Origin: Octopus bimaculoides
Taxonomy: Eukaryota
Assembly (NCBI RefSeq): GCF_001194135.2
Contig: NC_068983.1
Location: 77,550,367-77,594,518, forward strand
Direction: 5' to 3'
Length of the DNA stretch: 44,152 bases
The translations under genes and the position numbers were made by a program. The notes under the pieces are model-generated. The model saw nothing but the letters and a program-made list of their open reading frames with translations. It made no database searches and was not told the DNA's origin. Positions 35,398 through 44,152 of this stretch are shown one piece after another (the stretch's first letter is position 1; each line of letters starts with the position of its first letter).

Positions 35398-38300
35398 TAA
35401 TTAGTTTCTCCCAAAGGTTTGATGCTATTGCTGAAACTATCAGATTAAAGTTACATAACACGAAGATATCTTCATGACGATCACCACCAAAATCGACAGC
35501 TCGGTAGATAAAAAGCGTTAACTTTTCCAAGTGATAAACAAACAACCATTAAGTACTGAATGGATAGTAATCAAATTGCAGGCATGATGTAAAAAACATC
35601 TGTTAATATCGCCATGGATTTCATTTCTCTACGTGAAAAATCATAAACATCTCCCCATTAATGAAGGAAAAGCCTTTTACCGAAAATGTTTCCGGACATC
35701 ATAGAGAAATTGCAAAAAAGGGCAGTGGATTTTGCAGGCAATACTGCCATCAAAATCCTAAATCTTCTGGATTAGATTCTAAAACTTTCTAGACGACATA
35801 GGTATTATAGGAAGTTGATTACATTCATGCAGTTGCGATTTCTTCTCACCACATTATAAATGTGTGAAAACAGAAACATATGTGTTAGAACTTTGCAAAT
35901 CGTCATCAGCTGTAAATACAACAGGTTTAAGTCTGTTTTGCCAATAAGAAATGCATTGCTACTTTAACCAATTTTGTGGAGATCATGTTCAAACGACATA
36001 TCGAATTATTGTCACAGAAGATCAACCTTTATTCACAGCACGGTTGCCACAAAGAACATATTCTGTGGTTACATGACTTGTATAACTAAGAGAAATACAG
36101 AAAGCATTTATGTATTTTCCAAAGTTTTCTATTGCGGTAAACAAAGAAATCTGCATACGATATTGTAATATTCGTGGATCACTTTCATCATTGCTGCACG
36201 TTTCGAGGGCAAACATCTAAGCTCTTCAATGTAAAATGAGTTTCAGTTAACACTACGTTCTGTTTCTAGTTCTTTTTGATATCTACGGGTGTGACACATC
36301 GTTTCCCAGCATGATGAGCTGGGATCGTGGAGTCACTAAAATCTACTGTTTGTATAAGCCATCATACAAATGCACTGTGCTCCGAAACTGTTATATGAAA
36401 AGGTCATTATATGCAGTGTGCTAATGATTATATGCTGATACCTCACATACCCGAAGTGGTACATTTCACAGCTGTCACGTATTAGGTCTCTATCAGAAAA
36501 TTGACAACAGAGGTAGCTAGGTCATGTACGTTTTACATTTGTATAATATTCTGTGCCCAAGCACAAAAGTTTAATGAGAGCTGACTACCACACTGATTAA
36601 GAAAACGACTAGGCCTTCAAATATGGAATACAACATTTTAAAGGCTTCATTATTGGAGACAATATATCCAGGTAATGTCGGAAAAGAAAGAGACATATTG
36701 AGTTTCATATCATCCCTCCGTAATATGCAATCATGAAATATTCTACAAATAACTGACAGGATTATCCGCAATGAATTTGGTGAATAACCATGTTTAATTA
36801 ACCATGAATTTGTGTATGAATGCAATGTGTATTTGTATAAATCGTGCTCACTATTTACATTCATGCGAAACTGAATTCATGTAATGAATTTGAACAAGTT
36901 TTAACAGCATGAATACAAGTTCTTACTTTGATATAACGTGTACTAGAATCTATTTACATGAGTTTAATCCGAAATAAAATCTGTAAGGCTTGCGTATGAC
37001 ATTTGTTTAGAGACTGTATAAAATGTAAGGTTGTTTATGAACAAAAAATATATTTCATATGATAAATTTCAAATATTCAAATAAATCACACCAGCAAATA
37101 ATAAAGGAGATAAAAGATCAGAATGATAATTAATATGAGTCCTATTTTGTATTGTTGCTTAGGCATCGGAAACTGACAAAGTGGATAAATTGCTCACTGC
37201 GTATGCTATACATTAATGCTTGACAGAAAGGTGATTGAGGAAATGCAATTAAAATAACATACACTATCGGATTTAAAATTATTTCATGTTCTATTTATGT
37301 ATTGCATTAATAAATACCTCTCTCACAACATACACATTAATCCTGTTCCCAATGCGGTTTAAAGTAAATAATTGAAGTTTTATTTGTTGCTTATTTCATA
37401 CTCTACTTCAAATGTTTTATTACATTACTACATTTTTTTAAATCTCACTTTTTGCAGCGTATAGAGTTTCAGAAAAGAAATTCTCACAAATTATAAACAA
37501 AGCAAAATATAAAACACCGTATTTATTTGCGAAACTTTGCACACAAAGTGTTACATTTATCACTTGATACAGAAGAAATGTTCAAACCGATAAGCCTTAA
37601 TTTACGGCAAATAATTTCATTGAATTTATCAAAGCAAGTTACAACTGTTCTTGAATAATCATTATTTGTGATAATAACATATGGAAACAATTCTTAACGT
37701 AACCAGTTAGAGTTTTTTTTTTTAATCAATTTTAAGCTGTTGTCATTTGTTGAATGATAAATATATTTTCATAAGAAGTAAGCTAGCATACTGAAAATGT
37801 TAGGCAGGGGATTTATTTATAAGATTCGAAAACAAAGAACTGTGTTATCCATTGCTGTGTCTATACTTTAGGATTTATGCGGTCATGATCTATTTCCCAA
37901 CGCCCAATCACTTTAAACTATGTTCGAACAGATCAGAATTGGTCTTACATAGATAAAGTTATTAAAATGAGCATGATACTCTACAATGAAAACTATATGT
38001 GCACCGTGAAATCTTATTCATATAGTGCTAAAAATATTGAAATAATTTTAACGGTAATGTCTTTGTCTCAAATGCTTACGTCAAATTTCAAATATTAAAA
38101 TACAATAGAATTCATATAAAAGTTTATTTCAATATTTACTATCATGAGATCTCTTAAAATACAAATATTTTTCCGTCTACAAAAAGTTAAATATCATTTG
38201 TATTCAGGTGCATAGCATAAGTGCATCTATATTTTGAGGTTTAAAACTTTTATCAAATCGGGCGTAGTTTATGGCGCACTATTCTTCCTGCTATTGTAAA

Positions 38301-38590
38301 TGGACCTGGGCAAACAGTCTTGTTTCACATCTTGTTTTCAAGCTATCAATACGTACTAAGGCACATGTAAAATGGTTTAGTATTACAGACAGAACTTATA
38401 CTATGTACATATGTGCGTGCAAGAGAATCTGTAAGTGTCTGTGTACATAATAATGTACAGCTTTTGCAGTTACGCACACCTACTTGTCATGTACTACTTA
38501 TGGAGTTAAAGAATAGATATTTCAAAATCTCAAATTCATTACAAGAGATAACTGTCATTTAAACATGATATCCGCCAATGTACTATGGGT

Positions 38591-38789
38591 AAAAGGCCCG
38601 AAATTTTTGGGAGGAGGGGGCCAGTCACTTAGGTCGATCCAGTATGCAATTGGTACTTAATTTATCGATCCCGAAAGGATGAAAGGCAAAGTCGACCTCA
38701 GCGGAAATTGAACTCAGAACGTCTAGACAGATGAATTACCGCTAAGCGTTTCGCCCGACGTGCTAACGTTTCTGCCAGCTCGCTGCCTT
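38591..38789 (-). mobile_element. SINE family A
   Basis: High similarity to 18852-19071 (aaggcccgaaattt...gaaaggatgaaaggcaaagtcgacctc...gctaacgtttctgcca). Confidence 0.92.
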
Positions 38790-40603
38790 TTGCTAAAGTA
38801 TAACTCGTATATTTCATGAGTCTGGTGGGTAACATTTATGTCGAAGTATATGAAGGAGCAAGCGTTGAACCTGTCCGGGGCTTTTTTTTTAATCAGTAAA
38901 ATAAAATAACATATTAAATATATGTACTTAGTATGCATAAAAAAAAATTATCTCATTCATCATCCGAGGAACGATATTGTAATTTATGTAGCTATATTAA
39001 TGAACTACTAGTTTAAGGCTGATGTGAATAGCAATTATGGTGAAGTTGTCTTTGTAGGAAAAGGGTTGAGTGATGCTGTCCCTTTAAAATGAGACTAGGC
39101 AGCTACGAAACTTGGGAAAACCGCCGTGTTTTTATTCCAAGAGAGCAACAATATCTGTTTTTACTTAAATTGTTCATTCTTATTATCTAAGTTAACTTTT
39201 TCTTGTTATATCAATTTAAAGCATCGTTTTTCATAAATATTCTGTTTTGTTATTGAATGCTCTTCAATCAGAAGTGAGCAATCTTACCCTTGAGACAATT
39301 CTCTTTCAAAGACGTCGCAATAAAATGAATAAATTACAATTTAATACTTTAAACAGATTCATCTTAGTTCAAATCTTAACAACATGGCTGGTTTGTTTTA
39401 ATAGATAAGGTTAAGTTTTGCTACATTATTAAAAACGTTTCTGAAGAACAACTGCTAATATTTCTAGTGCGTTCTGCATGCTGCAACCTGAACTATTAAC
39501 ACATGCTTATCTAACAATATATTTGAAACTACTTCACGCAAAGCATTGCTAAGATATAATAACATAGAGTGTCTTGTACAATATCGAGATTAACACACAA
39601 CAGTCATATGTCTCTAAACATTTGTAATGTCAAACTCATGCATGCAAATCATATGCAGTAATTTCCAAATTTCGAAGTTCATTTTCGTTGTGATTTCCTT
39701 TACTTTTCGTAAAATTATATTATTTAAATATATATATTAAAAGAGCAAATATGAGCGCATATAACTACAAGGAGATTATTAACTTATTGATTTGCGACTT
39801 GTATATATTTCACCACCAATTATTACCAAGGCATAAAACAAACTTAATTTTTGCTTTTGGTCATATTTGACAAGATAATAACGATTTAATATACTTCAGT
39901 TACGAGCTGTCCAACTATGCGTTCTCCTTTACAACATGATGTATTCTGTAATCTATTATGGAAGTAGAATAGAAATAGCCATATGCGTTTCTTTCTTCCC
40001 ATATGCATCAACTGTTGCGCTCTGTGCGTAGTATCGTTCGATTAAAAGCTAACAAAGTTATAGATTCACTCCACTGAAAACATTGTTGCAAATATCACAC
40101 TAGGTCTGAATTTCAATTCGTACTTCATCAAACATTGCACCATAGAATTTTGTATTGCCACACATCACTACTAAATAATGAGCATTTCATTGTCTACAAC
40201 CCGGCGCACAAAATACAGTGATTCTAATAATCAAACACAATGTACTAATATTGTTCAGCTAAATAAAATATAGAAAATTTATAATAGAAAATTTTATTTA
40301 ATTAGATATGTACAGCGATTAAACATAAATCGGCTCTATATTAAGAAACGTATTGGATGCATGACGCTAGATTAAAAATGTAACCCATCAATGTTGTCAG
40401 GCTTAAATAGGCCACCTCAATAAACAGTAGGAAAGAGTTAATCCATTTAAATAAAACAGCACAAACTAATGGTCTTCATTCATCAACCACAATGGAAAAT
40501 ATACATATAAGCACAATTTTCATTACAGTTCTACAAATTTCTTTCTGTGTACGTTTTACTTATTACGCATTAGCAATAAAGAATGTTAATATTAGCTGTC
40601 AGC

Positions 40604-40790
40604 GAAACGGTGAGTTGCCAGAATCGTTATTGCACCGAGCAATATGCTTAGCGACATTTCGTCTATCTATAAGTTCTGAGTTCAAATTGGCGCCGAGATC
40701 TACTTTGCCTTTCATCGTTTCGTGGTCACTGCAATAGGTGATCGATTTATCCAATCCACCTCGTACCGAAGTTTGGAACTAATACTCGAT
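40604..40790 (+). mobile_element. SINE family A, diverged with internal deletion
   Basis: ggtgagttgccagaatcgtta...gcttagcgacatttcgtc...ctgagttcaaatt...tactttgcctttcatc. Confidence 0.85.
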
Positions 40791-41440
40791 GTGATTTAAA
40801 TCGCTGACTCATTACTGTTCGAATAACTATCTCTTTTGATGCAATAACATGTTGCCACTTCTTTTTTACACATAAACCTAATAATATTTTTTACACAGAA
40901 AATATACTTTACTAGGCGCACATTTTCGACAAGATTTTTAACTCATTTCAACTCAGTGGCAAAATAACCTATTGCATACTCGTGTTTGTTTATGCAGCAG
41001 AGCTTCACTTTAACATTCAGAAGAAAAGCAAAAAAGAAAAAAAAAATAGAAATTTCGGCGTAAGATATTTCAAGCTACCAAAAATTATTTTACTGTATAA
41101 GCAACGAGTCTTTCAAATCGAGAAAGAATTTATTAACTGTACAAGGTCTATGTGGCCAAGTGCAATTTCTATGTCTTTAATATATATCTTCTGGAGAAGA
41201 TATAATCTGCTGAATATGTGTAGGTGTTTTCAATGATAGTTTCTAGCAATAATTCGATTACAATTGAATCAACCAGCATGTTTGAGGTTGATCTTGTTCG
41301 TAAGAAGCCCGCTTCAATACAAAGGTTTCCGCTTCATATACAAAGAAAAGGCCTAGATATATCAAAACCGTAATGTTCGTTGCTGAACTGCTTTTCATCA
41401 TTATCAAATAGGGAAGATTTTAGAACATCAACATCGTCAT

Positions 41441-41481
41441 ATTACTACAACCACCACCACCACCACCACTACAACAACAAA

Positions 41482-41547
<66 letters not shown>

Positions 41548-41553
41548 CACCAT

Positions 41554-41623
<70 letters not shown>

Positions 41624-41630
41624 GCTACTG
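41441..41630. repeat. Compound (TAC)n/(CAC)n/(AAC)n microsatellite
   Basis: Directly visible; explains the poly-Y/H and poly-V ORFs. Confidence 0.97.
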
Positions 41631-44152
41631 TCCTACTGCAATTGTACTTCAATTTCATTGTTTTACGACTTCTAAAAAACTAATATCTTAGACAAAATAT
41701 TAAATTTCATTGTAAGGTCAGACAAGAGACCAGCTCTGATATTAAATGCTTCATGAACGAATGTTATTAGATTTCAGTATAAATATCTGGCGTGGTGTGG
41801 TGCTTGCCTTCACAACAATTTCAGACCACATCCAAGCAATATCATTGTACTTACTGGTAAAATTCACTTATGACATACACAGAAACACTCGGTATCAGTC
41901 AAGTTAATGTGCCCGATCTCTATTCGCTCTTATGTTCACTTATGACGAACACAACAGCGAATCGTATATTTGCGTTTGAATTTGCGACTACATATTTAGA
42001 ACATCTAAGTCATTTTTTTCAATCCCACTGCTCACCATGCATTTGACGATTTGTTAATCAATTGGCAGTTAACAGTACAGATCAAGGAACATATGATTGT
42101 CGGTATTGTTAGATAATCGCTATTGTTAGATTCATTTTGGGGTTGCTTCTGGCTGACGTGATACGCCGAAATACAAGCACCAGGAATCTCTGTACTAAAC
42201 GTATGTACCGGCCATCTCATGTACTAAGGATTTTAGTGATTTATGAACACATATTTGTCGTAAAGGAAAAGCTGTTAGTGATTAGCCTATTCACGGTTGA
42301 ATCTGGCAGAAAGCATTAAGAATAAATATCTAAATCATTATAACATTTTCACATTTTATCAATAGCAACTTTAGAAATACGGAAGAAGTGCTATTTTAGT
42401 ATACATTTAATTGTGAGCGTTTTCTTTTGGGACTTTAAATGCATATCTTATTACCATATTCTACCGTGACGCAGAAATCAAATTTAGACAAGAAAACAAA
42501 TATATCAAAGAATAAACAATAAAAATGTATTTAGTTTCTGCCTATACATCTGTGCATCTAATTTGTACATAAGGGAGAGAGTATTTCAATGTTGATTAAA
42601 ATCCTATGTTAAAGGAGCAAGGAAGTTTAAAAGAATTGTATGACTGTAATTTCAAATAAATTCATATTTTAGTATACATTTCAGTTAATCAAAATCTTGT
42701 ATGGCTATAACAATCGCTCAGTTGTTTCAATACAACGGGCATGTTCTTGCCATCATACAAATAATGTGTATAAAGAAACTGAGTCAATGCAACATTCACT
42801 GGTCTATTTTCACGGAAATAGAGGCTAAGGAATACTGCTGAATCATTTCATTTCAATATTTGCAGAATTGTATCATGATAAAAACCATAGTAGCTGTTTC
42901 ACTGCAATTAAGAAACACCAATCATTACATTCAAAACTTGGGTATAACAATTACAGGCTGCGCCTTGATAACAGCTAAGACATCATTGCTATCACCCACG
43001 AAGTGATTCATTGTGACTGACTTAGGATGCTGTCTCATTAAAAAAAAAAAACAGTGCTATTTCATTTCAGATTTATAACATTCAGTTTTATATATTTCAG
43101 ATTTATAACTTAATACTTTATCATAAGTCTAAAAAATTATAAAATAAACCTTGCAATTCTATCATGATTTATATATATTTAATTCAAATTTTAACTGCTT
43201 AAACATTATTATATTCATTTTATTCGTTTCTGTTTTATGAGGTTTTCTTTTACGCTTCGCTTTCTGTTAAAAACTATATTGAAGACACATCGGGCAACTT
43301 TATATTATATTAAAAGGATANNNNNNNNNNNNNNNNNNNNNNNNNNNNNNNNNNNNNNNNNNNNNNNNNNNNNNNNNNNNNNNNNNNNNNNNNNNNNNNN
43401 NNNNNNNNNNNNNNNNNNNNNNNNNNNNNNNNNNNNNNNNNNNNNNNNNNNNNNNNNNNNNTATATACTGACAGAGAGAGAGTGAGAGAGAAAGGTTTAT
43501 ATATATATATATAAAAAATCAAAAAATAAGCAACACGGATTTCAAAGGTGATTGCAGTACGCACGTTTCATGCTACTCCAATGTATTTAAGTAATGCGAG
43601 CATTACATTAAATGCAATATGAAGAGCAATCTTCAGCTGCACTAAAATGCAGAAAATTACAGTAGAATAGACATATTGTAAATGTGGCAACATTTCAAAT
43701 CCAAGTGGGAGAGAGAATACATAAAAATCCAAGGGGGAGGAAGAATACATAAATCCATCTTGACATAGCCGAGTCTATCAGGCTAGTAATTGATTCTAGA
43801 CAAAAAGTTCTAACTGTCTCAGATGTTATTGTTTCTTATCTAGGGGTGATAGCATAAGGGACAATTACTTCTAAAGAAAGGGAAGGTGTAAGCAGTATGC
43901 AGGGACAAGGCTATAAAATGTATTAGAATATAAAGGTTTCGCTGGTCAGAGTAGTATCAGGTCATTTTACTACTATCAAAATGTTGAGGAATTAAAACCC
44001 TAGGTATATGGGTCAAATAGGTTTTTTTTCTTTTAGTCTAAATAGAGTAACAGTATAGTGGTACAGATAACAATAATATTTTAACCAATATTTTCACAAT
44101 AAGAGGTATGTTAATAAAATAAATAAAATGAGATGTAATTATTTTCTACAAA

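Noticed and set aside
35686-35860. IIEKLQKRA...ILNLLD, like a LINE RT C-terminal tail
   Set aside because: The motif is too short and has no supporting upstream RT sequence.
36304-36440. TCCCAGC-atgatga-GCTGGGA hairpin with a possible C box
   Set aside because: No terminal stem with a D box; a 7-bp hairpin is expected by chance.

Overview
AT-rich, repeat-dominated animal DNA. The (TA)n/(TG)n/(TACA)n microsatellites, two recurrent tRNA-headed SINE families and N-gaps next to (TA)n look like an Octopus-type cephalopod draft assembly (inference from repeat style, not a database hit). I recognise no intact host gene, and most ORFs in the track are microsatellite or N-run artefacts. Supported content: two decayed Penelope-like retroelements (PLEs), three decayed Tc1/mariner transposases (one with both TIRs and TA flanks), a decayed Chapaev3-like transposase with a plausible intron, and nine SINE copies. 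The best lead is RNA-level. The near-complete PLE at about 5.8-8.9 kb is bounded by ~140-bp direct repeats, each holding a minimal hammerhead-ribozyme fold whose core reads UUGAAAA instead of CUGANGA, i.e. a compensatory U3:A8 pair. Further hammerhead-like remnants of other architectures lie at about 5.6, 9.35, 9.7 and 20.2 kb. A few isolated splice-signal-bounded exon candidates suggest the window may be intronic. All structures were folded by eye and none has been computed or tested.
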